A stretch of 60,849 bases of DNA, counting the filler, from Streblomastix strix (Eukaryota), in assembly GCA_008636045.1 (NCBI GenBank). It is 3 parts of 3 records of this genome, joined end to end, with 100 filler letters (N's around TTAATTAATTAA, not from the genome) between each part and the next. Parts side by side here need not be neighbours in the genome. Positions count along the whole stretch, not along the records: positions 1 to 20,220 come from SNRW01000449.1; positions 20,321 to 40,540 come from SNRW01000450.1; 1 more part is not named here. One strand, 5' to 3'. Made by a program: the position numbers and the translations under genes. A model generated the notes under the pieces. That model searched no databases, was not told the origin of the DNA, and was given only the letters and a program-made list of their open reading frames with translations. Shown here one piece after another: positions 14,401-27,400 of this stretch (position 1 is the stretch's first letter; every line of letters starts with the position of its first letter).

Positions 14401-17400
14401 TTCTCTTCTTTCTTCTCTTCTTTAATTGGATCTTTCTTCTTTTCTTTTTCTTTATCTTCTTTCTTCTCCTTCTTTTTATCATCTTTCTTGTCTTTATCTT
14501 TATTGTCCTTATTATCCTTCTTATCTCTTTCTAATGTTTTCTCTTTCTCTCTTTTCTTATCTTTATCTTTATCTTTCTCTTTTTATTTCCCTTTCTTTGA
14601 ACTACTTCTCTTTAATTGGTCTTCTTCTCTATTAATATTACTACTATTTGATGATTATTCACTAGATTATGATTATTCATCTTCTTTTTATACATCTTTC
14701 CCTTATTTCTTCTTTCCTTTCTTAATTTTAGATCTTTGTCTTCTTTTTGATTTTGAAGTATTCTTGTTTATTGATTTCTTTGTTTTCTTTCTTATATGTT
14801 TTCTCTTTTGATCATAAATAGTTTCTGGGGCAATTCTTTATAATTCTTTCTTTATTTCATCTTCAACTTCCTGTCTTTCTTCTTCATATTATAAATTACG
14901 CAATGATACATGAAGCCAAATTGCTAATGAATGAATTGTAGGGATACTTCTGAAATTGGGTTTTATTTCTTATTAATCCTGTTTTTATTTCTCAATTTAT
15001 TTTGGTTTCTCTTTATTTTTATCTTCTTTCTTAATATCCTTCTTATCTTTTTCTTTTTCTTCTTCTTTCTTAATATCCTTTTTATCTTTATCTTTATCTT
15101 CGGATTTTCCTCTCTTTTATTCAGAGCTTTATTTTTCTCCCTCTTTTTCTTTCTCTTTTTATTTTTATTTATCTTTCTTTATATCTTTGGCTTCTTTTTC
15201 ATCTTTTAAATCTATTTATTCTTTTTTAGGTTAATTATCATCTAATTGTTTGATTGGTTATAATTTCTCTGGTATATTGAATTAATTATTAATCTATTTT
15301 TTCTCTTTTTCTTTCATATTTTCATCTGGATGTGACAATACTAAAAAGGAGGGAAATGCATTTTCATATTATTATAATAAATTATATTATTTAAGTAACA
15401 GATCAGAATTTTATTGTTTTATATTGAGTGACTATCTTAACATTTTCTATTTGGGTATTGCAGGAATGGCACGAATAAGCATTGCTAAAGCAATTGGAAG
15501 TCTTTAAGGTTAAAGTAACAATGATTAAGAATTCGATTTAATTATTATAAATTAGAAAATGGGAGATGATAGTTCTGATGGAGATTAAGGTTGAATTGGT
15601 GATTGTAATTATTATTAAGATTATAATTGTTATTATTAAGATTAGGATTATGTTTATATAAGATTATTAGTTAGTGCTACAGGTGATTATAATGAAGAAG
15701 TTTATTATGAAGTGGAATTAATTGCAGTATTTAAGAATTAATTTGGAGATGAGCTTATTGTTGAATCCTAATTTATTTTGTCAATTATTTTCTATCTATT
15801 AATGGAATGATTGACATGACCCAATGCAATCTATGCGAGTGAGAATATATCAATAGCATTCTCAAAAGCAAACCAACAGTCTGAATGAGAATATCCCTAT
15901 ACGAAATCTCCAAAACTTAAATATAACTAATCTTTTGCATTTATTTATTATTTATTGGAATAATCAACTATAATATCATCTTTAACTAATTCATTACTAG
16001 TTGCATTTCCTTTATTTTCAATGTATTATTAATATTGTCTATCAATACTCTATGATCTTCTATTTCCTCCTTCTCCATCACTTATATTTCCTTAATCATT
16101 GCTATTATCTCTTAATTTATGCCAAACTTGTTATCCAATTGATTAATTGAATCTTTCTCTTCTCTTTCTTTTTATAGCTTCTTTCTCCATATTAATACTC
16201 TTATCTATTTTAGTTAATGATTGTCCTAATTCATCTCCGCTCTACTACAGTTGAAGTGGATCTAAACAACATGCATATACTGTAGCTGAGTTCAATAAGG
16301 AAATGGATAATTGAACTGATAGATCTTTATTATATGCAGGAATTCCAATTGCTTATGAATTAATTTATAATTGAGGATTGAAATATTAATTTTACAGCTA
16401 ATTAAATAAAATTGGTGATTATTGGGCTAAATTTAATCCCATTGTTAATGGTGTAGATAATGATTATTATAATTAAGATTATTGTGTCCCTGTTAAAGTG
16501 ATTTGTGTTGGAACATCATTATGAGAAAATTATGGAGCTTATGCAACAGGAGTCAATGGAGAAGAAGAAAATAATATCTAATGACTTAAAATAGATGAAG
16601 ATTATTATTATGGAGTTGAAGCAGGAGATTTTAGTTACTGTTATTTATGAGGTGTAATGTTTTAATAAGATTTTGTTAATACAATTTTGTCTTTTGGTGT
16701 TTTATCTTTTTTCTATTTTTATTTATCATCTTCAATTTTCTTATCTTTTTCTTTCTCTTTTTATTTCTCCTTTTCTTTCTTCTTTAGTTTCTCTATTTCA
16801 TCTTATTGGGTCTCTTTTACTGGATCTTCCTTATTTTTCTTGAGTTATTACAAAATATCAGAAAAATATTCAATATTTTCTTCATCTTCATTTTGATCTC
16901 CATCTTTTACATCAGCATCTTCTGAATCAATTGACTCTATTAATTCTTCCATTAATTTCTTTCCATATCTATTTGCAGGAGATCTTGTATTCAAAAGCGA
17001 TAATTGAAGTAATAATATGAAAGGTTCAAAACTTTGTGATGCAAATAACTATTTTGGATTTTGTCGTATTTATTCTGGATTCTTAATATTTTCAGATTTA
17101 TTTTCAACTGAATCAAATTACTATAACCAATTTAATGAATGAATTATTGCTGTTATTGCTCTCATTCCCATATTTCTTGTAGCAACAAGCATTTCATCAG
17201 TTAGAATTGCAGGGATGGATAATATTGATAATTTGGATTTGGCTTCATCTTTCAATTTAATCAATCTAAGAGCTTCATTATCCAATTTTTCTTCTTATTG
17301 CAATAATAATGTTTATGAATCAGTAGGAGCTCCAGTTCTAAATGGATTATTTAACATAAATGAAGATTTTAATCTTTACTTCTCTCTGAAATTAATGCGC

Positions 17401-19607
17401 AACATTTATCTTCTTTTAGTTCTTTCAATCCAAGAATGAGTCATAAGCCATTCAGCTCTACAATCTCCTATTAGAATTGATTAGTTATCATTAAATCCTT
17501 ATTTATTAGCATCACCCATTCTGTCTCTCAAAAGTACAATAACATCTCCTAAACTCCTTATTATTGCAGGTTCAACTGTTGCTTAATCTGATTTTTAGAC
17601 AATTTGTTAATCATTTCCTAAGTATTGAGATGTATCTACTTTAATGTCTTACTCATATTTATTCTATTTGTTTCCTCCATTTAATATTTGATTGTCAAGA
17701 CTCTATTTATGGTTACTGAGCGTAACTTACTCTGAAATAGATTATGTATATTTAGTCATATTTTATTGGGTGAAAGTAACAAATGTTGGAAGTGCAATTT
17801 CACTTGAAGGTTATTACTAAGATTATGATTAAGAAGTAGTATTACTTACTCTTCTACTACTGGTAAGTGAATCTTAAAGTGATTTAAATGTTAAATCAGG
17901 CAATAATTATTTTGAAAGGAGAGCCGCAATGAAAGAAATATTACGTGTTTAATCAGGAGGAGCTGAATAAAGAATCCAATGCGAATGAAAATGTGAAATG
18001 AAAGATGGTTACAAAAATTATAATTACTAATGAATATTTGATTTCTATGTTTTATCTTTATCAACAAGATCTTCTTTATCTTTAATTTTATCTTCTTTTA
18101 AATCTTTTATCAAATCAATTATATTAAACTTTTCTTTTCCAACATCTTTTTCAGTGCTTTTTTCAGTGTTCACTTGTTTGTTGCTTAAACTAACAAATTA
18201 ATGAATATTAAAATAAGGTTAATTAACAAGAAGGGGCATTTCAATCATTATTCCATCTCCAGCTGCTAGAATAACTTATATCATTTTAAGAGAAAGAAGA
18301 TATGCAATAGAAACAACAGATGATCTTTATTATTATATTGAAGTGTGAGATTATGATGAAGATGAAGGTGAAGATTAAGATTATACTTATTTCTAAATAT
18401 CATACTTCTAAACATTTTTAAATGAATTTGTAAATAAAACTGAAGCTGTTACATTTTCTAAGGCAAATAGTGTTGTGTATCTTAGAAGCTTAGGTTAATC
18501 ATTCAATTATTGTGCAGGATCTGTTAAGAACTCGCATATTATTCGAGCTAATCTTAAGAATACAGCAATAGGAAGAGGATAATATGGATTTGTTTAAATA
18601 ATTTTTGAATTATTATTAAATTCATATATTGGTAGTTATGAATTTGTAGTTGTTATTGGAGTATGAAGAAATAGTGAAATTAAAAAACTAAGACCACCAG
18701 ATCTAATAAAATGAACTCTCCAATCTGGTGAAGGTCTTTATTCTGCATTATCTTATTTATCTAAAATTAATTAATCAGATCCAATATTGCTTATTTTAGT
18801 ATCTTTTTATCTTTCGTAATCTCGTCTAAACTTCTTTATATTTATATCCACATCTTTGGGCTTTAAAAGATTTTTCTGGAATTCAATTTATTTTTTCTAC
18901 TCAACTTATTCTTATTCCAATTATTTCTTCTTCTGACGTCTATTTTTCTGATCTTGGGAAGATCTAGACTCAGAATCACTTTAAGCATATAAATCATTAT
19001 CCTGAACTATTTATTGAGAGATATCAACTTTGTTTGGTATTCTAGTGCACTCCAACAAATGCTCAATTATAAGAAGTCCATTATCAATTTATTCTTAAAC
19101 ACATGGCTATCTACTACAACATACACATACTTTAGATTTAGATAAAAATGAAAACTCTCCTCCTTTAATTGGAATTTAGAAAAAGTGAGTCCATTATGTC
19201 CCTATTTTGGCATCTTCAATAACTTTTTACTGCTTGATGAAAAAGGATTAATCACCTCCAATTAATTTCCCTCGCATGAACCAATTATCTTAAGCATTAT
19301 TAAGATTTAAGTTACCTTCAATTCCTTCATTACCATGCACAATTCCAAGTCCAATGAAATTTGCATCGTTTTCAAGCATCATCAGAAGATTTTCATCGCT
19401 TTCAGTCAAGATATCAGATGGATTTTCAGAGAATTCGTCTGTTGGAGTTTCACTTGTTGAAGGTTAATCTTCATCCGAATAGGAATGTTTCTTGCTCGAA
19501 GAACTGGATTAAATATCTGAAGCTTCACTATGAGCTCGATTTGAAGATGAACTTTCGCCTTGATAATCGTAACTGGATGAAGACGACTCATAGTCTTCGT
19601 TGGACAT
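5460..19607 (-). CDS. Very large ubiquitin-specific protease (peptidase C19, USP9X/USP24/USP34-like), ~4715 aa, apparently intronless
   Basis: ATG 19607 (MSNEDYESSS) and TGA 5460 are in one frame (14148 nt) under table 6, and the internal segments checked share it. Cys box GIRNPSMLCYIISLIQQL (Cys 12066-12068), QQEDLFEF, LPNTLVFQLSRFDFD...RLKVNDRFEFP, His box YRLVGVVCHVGSIDRGHYFS (His 10332-10334), WIMFND, SAYMLIYER. Confidence 0.9.
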
Positions 19608-20220
19608 TGTAACTTAAAAATTACAAAGGGATCAATAAGCAAAAAATAATATAAAAAAATAAAATTTGAAGAGTGAATAATTATTCTTGAATATATAAAA
19701 AATTGAAAATAATAATTGAATATAATAAATAAAATTGGAATATTTATTTTAAAATTAAATTTAGACAAAAAATATGTTTAAATTTTGTGTAATATTGATT
19801 TTGAAAATAAAATCAAATAAAGATTATTAGTTATTGTAATTATTATAATAATAAATATAAAATGATAGATTCTTTCAAAAAAATTAAAAATTATTGATTT
19901 ATAAATTTTGAACATTAGTGGAACACGCAAAATAGTGTTGGAAAGATGATTAGTTCGTTCTCGCTACACAGGTAAAATTCAATATTCACATCTTGATTTT
20001 TAAAATAATGTGTGTATATTTGCAGATTACATATATCACATCGCTGAAAACAGCACGAACAATTTTATCGCTAAAAAATGCTTTGTCTATGGCGCGCAGA
20101 AAATCATAAATTGCGAGAAGGGGTTATACGAGCTCCGCTGCAGATTTTCTGCTTTATTTAATTAAATAAAAATATTTTTCTAAGTACTAATACAAAACTA
20201 GTATTTAAGTCATTCAAAAT

Positions 20221-20320
20221 NNNNNNNNNNNNNNNNNNNNNNNNNNNNNNNNNNNNNNNNNNNNTTAATTAATTAANNNNNNNNNNNNNNNNNNNNNNNN
20301 NNNNNNNNNNNNNNNNNNNN
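20221..20320. other. Artificial contig-joining spacer (N44-TTAATTAATTAA-N44)
   Basis: N run with a central all-frame stop linker; identical copy at 40541-40640. Confidence 0.97.
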
Positions 20321-21099
20321 GGGGTCGACCATAAAAAATTAATAAGGAAAGCGATTAAAAGTACTGGTATAATTGTGAAAAGTTAAAAGTTAATAGTTAG
20401 AAATAATTCTGAAAGCCATGTTTTCGACAAAATCGGCAGATATGAGGAAAAAATGAAGTCAAAAAGCACTAAAAAACCCCATCCCCTTAGTTTCTTCTTG
20501 TAGGATTAAGGAAAGAAGTGAGTAAAAGTTAAAAGATAAAATAAAGATTAAAATTGAAATATTAAAGCTCTCTTCTGAAGCAATTCAGCGTGATGCTCCT
20601 TGTACTACTTTTTCTTCTGCTCGACTATCATTTGCGTTGATTCTTTGCATCCAGATATGGCGGATCTTTGATCATAAGCGATTGTCTTGGTGTCGACTTT
20701 GGTTTTCTCAAAGGTGATTCATGAGAAGAGTCATGGAGTGATGTGGAAAAGTCGTTCGTGTTCGAAGTTAAGACTTGATTTTGTTGTCATACAGCTCTAT
20801 CTATTTCGTCAATTGGTTTGAATCTAAATCCTTCCCACTCTGCAACAGGAGTAATTTAAAATGGATAAGTAGTAGTATTATCATTACTAGTTTGGACTTT
20901 CAGTTCTGACGATGGGTTGGGTAAAAATACAGGGTTGAAAAGAGGAAGATACAAGGTCTCAAATGATGACAACATACTATCACCATCTATTAGTGATAAT
21001 ATATGCATATCACCACTTAGGGCCTCATTCTTCTTCTTTTATTATGAGACGTTTGTTGAAGTAGAATCTTGATTCTCCAGGCCGTAATCAATAGTTACT

Positions 21100-22050
21100 A
21101 ATCTCGCAGCGATTCCATTTACTTGCATGTTGGCTGCAAAAACATAATAGTTGCGCGCTGACTTAGAGTCTGGTGCGTGGTTCGTAAAGACATTCAAGTC
21201 TCTTTCTTATAATCCCATTTCTGCAAGCATGGTAGTAGATGCGTGTTTTATTGAGTAAGTAGTTAAGCCTTCTATTCCGATCTTCTTGATAAGAAGGGTA
21301 AGGAGTTCAGAAATTTTCGTAATTGACATTGTTTCCATTTTTCGGTCCAGAACAGTGAAGCAAGAGTTGTTGTCTCTTGAAGAAAATGTTCTCTTAATCG
21401 TTACAACCATGTAAAGAGAGTTACATTGGGGCAAAGGTTCAGTATACCTGTTCTTCTCACTTAATATTGTTCTAAAGCATTGGTTGTCTTAAATGAAAGT
21501 GTTAATAAGGCTGTGTTGTATCCAAAGTTGAAGTTTGAAAGGTTGATGTCTTCTTCAGAGATCGCAGATATTCTCAAGAAGCAAACTGATAGAAGTAAAG
21601 ATGCAAACTTAATTTGCTGATCCTGGTTTGTTAACGTCTGATCTGCTGGTTATGTAGCCCAATGATTAAATAGTATATTTATATCCTACACTTGAGCGTA
21701 TTTCCTTGTTACTACATTGAAGTTTGAGGTCGCTCTATACGTAAGAGCTGATGGAGTATCATACATTGGTTCTCGATCAAAGATGAGTTATTGCACTGTT
21801 CTAATATATTATTGTTTGTTTAGTGAGGATTTGAGAGTCTTGTGCTGGCCTGTGAACCATGCCATGACTTCTGATATTATAAATCCTGGTATCATTCTTA
21901 AAACATCTTGGATTGAGAATTGTTTGGACTTCATCCAGTCGTCAAAGGTAGCCATAGCGTAGTAGTATCTTCTTATTGATTAATACTTTTATTCTCCTAT
22001 TAGTAGTGCTTATGCCTGTCTTAATAATCCTACTGCATCTAAGAACTTTG
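21100..22050 (-). pseudogene. Tyrosine recombinase of DIRS copy A
   Basis: LTTYSIKHASTTMLAEMGLQERDLNVFTNHAPDSKSARNYYVF corresponds to the HSxR-like, H/W and catalytic Tyr boxes. Upstream RKYAQVQDINILFNHW and KFASLLLSVCF. Confidence 0.8.
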
Positions 22051-22079
22051 TTAATAGTTCATGTCTTATATTTGCTATG

Positions 22080-22450
22080 TAACCATAAGGAAGACCGCTA
22101 ACTTGGGTGGGAGGTGGAGAGCCGTCATACTGACTTAGAGTCGATTTGGTTCGATGGTCCAGATAATCCATCTTTAATTTTCTTATAGCAATGTTGTGAA
22201 CCAGGTTGGAGTGGCCGTAAGCTTACTACAATCGTTGTAGTTGTTACAGTTTAAATGTCATTAAATCTAAGATATCAGAGATGGTGGATGGATGCAGAGA
22301 TTTCGTTCTCCATGTATGGTTAAATGCTCTTATCTGTAGTATTCGAGTCCCTCCGGTCTGTTGATACATAGAAAGATAGGATCGCATTGTGTTAGTTTGC
22401 GAATAAATCCAGAGTTTGCTCTAGGTTCCACCAAATAAATAGGATTTACG
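22080..22450 (-). pseudogene. N6-adenine methyltransferase-like domain of DIRS copy A
   Basis: LDLFANQHNA followed by NLCIHPP, the DLFA...HPP/NPP pattern of the DIRS MT domain, located directly after RNase H. Confidence 0.65.
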
Positions 22451-22479
22451 CAAGTTGTGGGTCTATACTGTAGTCGCCC

Positions 22480-24430
22480 GAGCTATCCAATCTACTCAGA
22501 GAATCTGCTATTCAATTAATCACTCCTGGAACGTGAACTGTCTATACTTATAGACCTAAATGTATAATTATTTTATATAGATTCCTAAGACTAGATGCTA
22601 GTTGTGGTGCTGCCTTTAGTCTTCTAAGATTGGATACTATCGAAGAGGTGTCCGATCATATCAGTATTGCCTTCATTCACAATTGTGCGAAGCGTGTTTC
22701 GAAAAACTGAAGGCGTTAAGAAGTTACCTCCATTTCTTTCCGATTACTAGTCCATTTCACTTCCTCACTTTCTAAAGGTCTCATGCTACTAGAACTTCTC
22801 CCGCTCTCAGTTCCAGAGTCGCTCCCCAGCCCTAGGGGGGCTGCATCCATAACTAGAGTCTCTTGAGTAAGGGATTTTTCCGCCGCAAAAAAATTGGCTT
22901 TACGCGGCAAAAAAAATAAAACTTGTGCGCGCTGCATATTTAACCTTAAATTATTATTGTATAATATTTATTTAATAAAATAAATGATAATTATAACCTT
23001 GTGCACAGTCAATTGAAGAAATAGAAGTATTATTTATTTTTAATTTATTTTTCTTTAAGTGGTCACTTTTTTGTTTCAGACGCAATTAGAATTAAGTAAT
23101 AAATGATTATATATATTATATATTAACAATTTTCTTTATTTTAACCTTCAAATGAAAGAAAGAAAAAATTTTTGAAATTTTTACACAACATTATTTGTAA
23201 TATTTAACTATAAAATACAATATATAAATATTATTTAAATATTTTTAGAAATATTTTAAAAGTCAAAAATAATCAAAATAAAAAATTAAAATTTTTCATT
23301 TTTTTTTATTTTTTTTAAATTTTACAATAAAAGTTCCGCGCAAGTCAAGCACTGTTTGTGCGGAAAATGGGGTGTAGCGCCGGCGGAAACATGCCCTACT
23401 CTTGAGGAATGTTCCATATCAAAGAAAGTCTCTTGTTTTCTTATATCTTATTGATCCACCAATACATCTCTGGCAGTGCTTGCATCGGTAATCTCGTCGT
23501 TCAGTACCATCCGTGTTCTTTCACTGTTCATGTTTGTGCTGAGTATAGGAGTATCAGATAAAGGGAAGCTTCCCTGAACTGTGTTCTAAGAAAACTTAAA
23601 GTTTCAATTTTCTCTGCTAGAAATTTGACTCAAGTCATGAGATTACCTAAAGTTGTTTTTACTAATCTCTTCAGTAAATCCAAGTTCGTTGATCTTCTGT
23701 CGTTCGGCATATATAGTTCCATTGTTGCTGAATTCCAAGCCGAACTTAAGAACATTATCTCTTGTTTCAGTTCCAGCTCGCATTTCTTGAACGAGATTGT
23801 CAGACCAAACTTTTCGAATATTTCTATCAAACGAATTGTTAGTTGATTCAGGATCGTCTAATCTTAGTGTAATAGGGGAATATCGTCCAAGAAATTTATT
23901 ATTTACAAATCCCATATCTTTCTAACTTCTGCTAAGATTCAATTCATTGTCTCCGTGAAAAATTTTGGTAAGTGTTGGGTTCTTAAGAGCATTCCCTAAT
24001 ATCTATTGCACATTCTCTCCACTTCGAATGCTAGATATGGTCTATGTGGTTCGATGACTGTCAAATGGTGGAATGCTGGTTTTAGGTCTAGTTTAATCAT
24101 CCAATCCATTGGTGAAATTATCATTTTGACATCCTCCACTCCCTGCTTTTAAAAATGTAAAGGTAGGATCTCGTTGTTCAATTGAGTTGCATCCAGGATC
24201 TTTCTCCATCCTCCGTCCGGTTTCTGTACTTTGAAAGTTGGATTCCAACATTTAACCAATTCTCTAGGTTTTATCTCTATAATTACCTCCTTCAGTTCCG
24301 TCTGAAGTCTTACTTTATATACTTTGCTTGTTTTCGGTGTCCTCTTAAACGGACAAGGTCTAAGAGTTGTAGCTAAACGAGTTTCGCTAAGGTTGTCCCT
24401 AAAGATCAGGAAGAATCCTGTCATTATGAA
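22480..24430 (-). pseudogene. Reverse transcriptase and RNase H of DIRS copy A, split by a MITE
   Basis: WNPTFKVQKPDGGWRKILDATQLNNEILPLHF, KLDLKPAFHHL, FLDD (~23882-23893), FGLTISFKKCEL, LVMDAAPLG, WTSNRKEM. Confidence 0.88.
22868..23398. mobile_element. hAT-like MITE (531 bp) with 18-bp imperfect TIRs and 8-bp TSD
   Basis: TSD CTCTTGAG at 22860-22867 and 23399-23406. Left end TAAGGGATTTTTCCGCCG vs reverse complement of right end TAGGGCATGTTTCCGCCG (15/18 identical). AT-rich non-coding interior. Removing it restores the RNase H frame (NIPQETLVMDAAP). Confidence 0.88.
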
Positions 24431-27400
24431 CTCCTGTGCCTTGACAAGGTCCCACGTTTGCTCGAATCATGCAGTCTTACCTCCTGTTCCAGTGAATGAG
24501 TGCTTTAAGTCTCTTATTTCTACAATATTCTGCTGAGAGCTGAGCAGCTGCTCCCTCTCCAGTAATAACTTCCGGAATTAGGACAGTGCGAGCTTGTTCG
24601 TCTTTTTGCTCGATGCATCAGGAGCCCTCCCTCGCCACATTATGTAGTGAGGACTTCTGGCATTACTTGAGTCTTTTGCCGAGTATCCCTTCTATTCCAA
24701 CAAGTGAACCTTGGAGAAACATGCTTGGAGAATCCGCATTCTCCATGGTTTATTAACTCAAAAATGTATTCCCAGCTATTATCAAGTTTTAATCATGTAT
24801 CATGTCATGCTGCTAGCTACTAGCGTCGTATATTGACTATGTAAAAGCATGCAACCCTTGTGTGCTTGATGATAAAGAGTCAACATTCATCGTTTAGTAA
24901 CTTGAGAGCTCGGTCAGCGATCTTTTCTAATACTCATCTTCTAAATTCATACCGTCTAATAAACTTTTTGATTTCAATAAGATATGAACAGCTACTCTCT
25001 CGGCTATACCTCCATGAAAATAAGTACCTCCTTAGAGTGTATTATCTCCGTCTTGGGTTTCAAACATCTATCTGTTAAGAGTCTGAAGTTTCGAATTTGA
25101 AGGTTCTCCATTCTATTACCTTGTTCCATTCGTATCCAAAGAAAGGGGAGTTAGGAGCTTGTTCTGCCAAGCGAAAACTGATTCAAACGCAAGGTCGGGT
25201 GGTTTGACATTCCACTGTCAACATTCAGCCCCACGCGTATCGACTTATGCCTTATTAACTCTCCCTTTAGTTGCGATGAGTGTGAAGTTTGATTGTCCTG
25301 GAGAACTTTTGATTTGTTTTGAGTTTATTTTCTTTCTTTCTTAACTTCCGGTTTTGATTGAAGTAACCTTGTTCCACTTCTCAGATTTATGGTTTCATCC
25401 TCATTCATGTTATTGAGATTCTTCTCTTTTCTTGGTTATTATACCTTTGTTTTCTTATCTCTCTTATGCCTTGCTCTCTTTTTCTTAGCTCGAGTAACTC
25501 CAAACTCTTAGGAATCATCACTTTAGCTTTATTTGTCCATTTCTTCATGGATGTCTTTCTGTTTCTCTTTATTTAGTGAAACTATGGCTTTTGCAGCGTT
25601 CTCATTCTCATTTTACTTATCTATCTTCGTCTGTTTCTCTTAATCATTTTATGTGGATATGGGATTTTTTGCTTCTTCATTGTCCTCGCTCTGACTCTAT
25701 TTGTCCATTTCATTGTTATTGATATCTGAAGAATAGTCTATATCTCCAAATAAAGTATCATGTACTTCCTATTCAAATCTTAACTGTACCGTAATTATTT
25801 CTTCTTGTAGTTTAGAGAATTTATTTATCAAGGTCTTCCTCTTCCTAAGTATCAATATCTCTAAATTTGATATTGTATTAATAGACTATTGGGTTATATA
25901 TATGATTTTCAGGTAACATTTGAGGTTATAAAGATTGGTAGATCCTATTCATATCATTTTTCACTTGATATTCAAAGAACGAGAGTTAGTTGCTATTTTC
26001 AGCTAAGGCTAGCGGTGGATAAGTTAAGTTTAATTTGGAGCTGGAATCTTAGTTAAAGTTCATTCTTAAAGGTGAAATTGTCGTATTATTTAGCATTTCA
26101 TCCTACATATTGTTTACGTAATTTGGTAGTGGTAATCGTTCGTCAACGTTTAGAGAAATTGATAATTCTATGTAATCAGGAAGGCGTAAGCTGTGGGGAT
26201 TTGTATAATCTACTTATAATGTAGGATTAGAGTCAATATAATCCTTTCTCAAAATTCTTGTTAGCTCGAATCTTTCCATTTCCAAAGTCCTTATTTCGTT
26301 CTCTTTGTCTAAATTATCTCCTCTATGTTTGTTCTGGTCTTCTAAAGCAGATATCTCATTTTCTGTTTAGTCCATCTATTCCTCAATTGTGTTATCATGA
26401 TAATATATTGGGCTTTATTCCTCAGTTCGAGCCGCATAGTCTGAAATCCTATTTGTAAGTAGTATTGCCCTGTCTAAAACTTGCTAATCTGGATCTGCAG
26501 CTTTCCAGTAGTGATCGGATTATCTCTACCTATTCTCTCACCTATCCTTCAACTAACTTTAATGTGAAATTGGGCTTTTTTCTTGAATAATATCTCTATT
26601 GTCTTATTCTGCACCCATAAGTCTCAGCTGGAGATCCATTATGCTAACAGTTCGTCTCTCTTACGCTCTCACTTGTTCATGTTAGGCTTAGGAACGGACA
26701 GTCCAAGCGCCCTAAAAATATATACTAGATGGTATATATAGTGTAAAGTGTTATTAAATAGATGATGTGACTATTTTGGGTCCCCTTTCTGCCACTTGTG
26801 TCTAAATCGCGCAGGTAATCTCATTCTAAGTAGAGACTTTGGGTGATACCATAAGGTTTATTTAGTCTGCTTCTTCTTCCTCAGAGTCTGTCCAAGAACT
26901 TCTTCTTTATAATCCACTTGGTAGAAAGAACTGTTTATCCTTAGCCATATCAGAAGCATTTACATGTTGAGTTGATGTTCTGCTATCTGGATTAGCTGGC
27001 TACCTTTCTAATCCCATGTTAAGAGGTAGGAAGTTCCTTCTTAGGTTCTATCCATAAATATGTCGTTATAATCTAAGAGCTAAAATCCTTGTCTACGCTT
27101 GAATATTGTTCTGTAGAACTTGGGTCTCCAATCTGTTGCTCGCTTGCCAAAAGTTGTCTTCTATCGGTTGTATCCAATTCGGATCCGAATTAATACATTT
27201 ATCAAATTGTTATTCCATGAATACAAGTAATGTTTTACCATCGCTTCTATTATTTCTATCATTCTTGTCCTTATCATGGCGTCTACCTGGGGAGCGAGGA
27301 GAGTTCTTCCTCATATCAGATTGCTATTGCTTTCTTTCTAAGAGTTTGTAGCAGTATTCTTTTCAGAAGGTTTGATATTCGTGGATATAGAGCCAATATC

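Noticed and set aside
19900..20220. Possible coding fragment at the end of contig 1 (minus strand, RKSAAELVQPLLAIYDFLRAIDKAFF...)
   Set aside because: Short, truncated by the contig end, and without a recognisable motif.
20265..20276. TTAATTAATTAA palindrome as a biological site
   Set aside because: Synthetic linker embedded in N runs.
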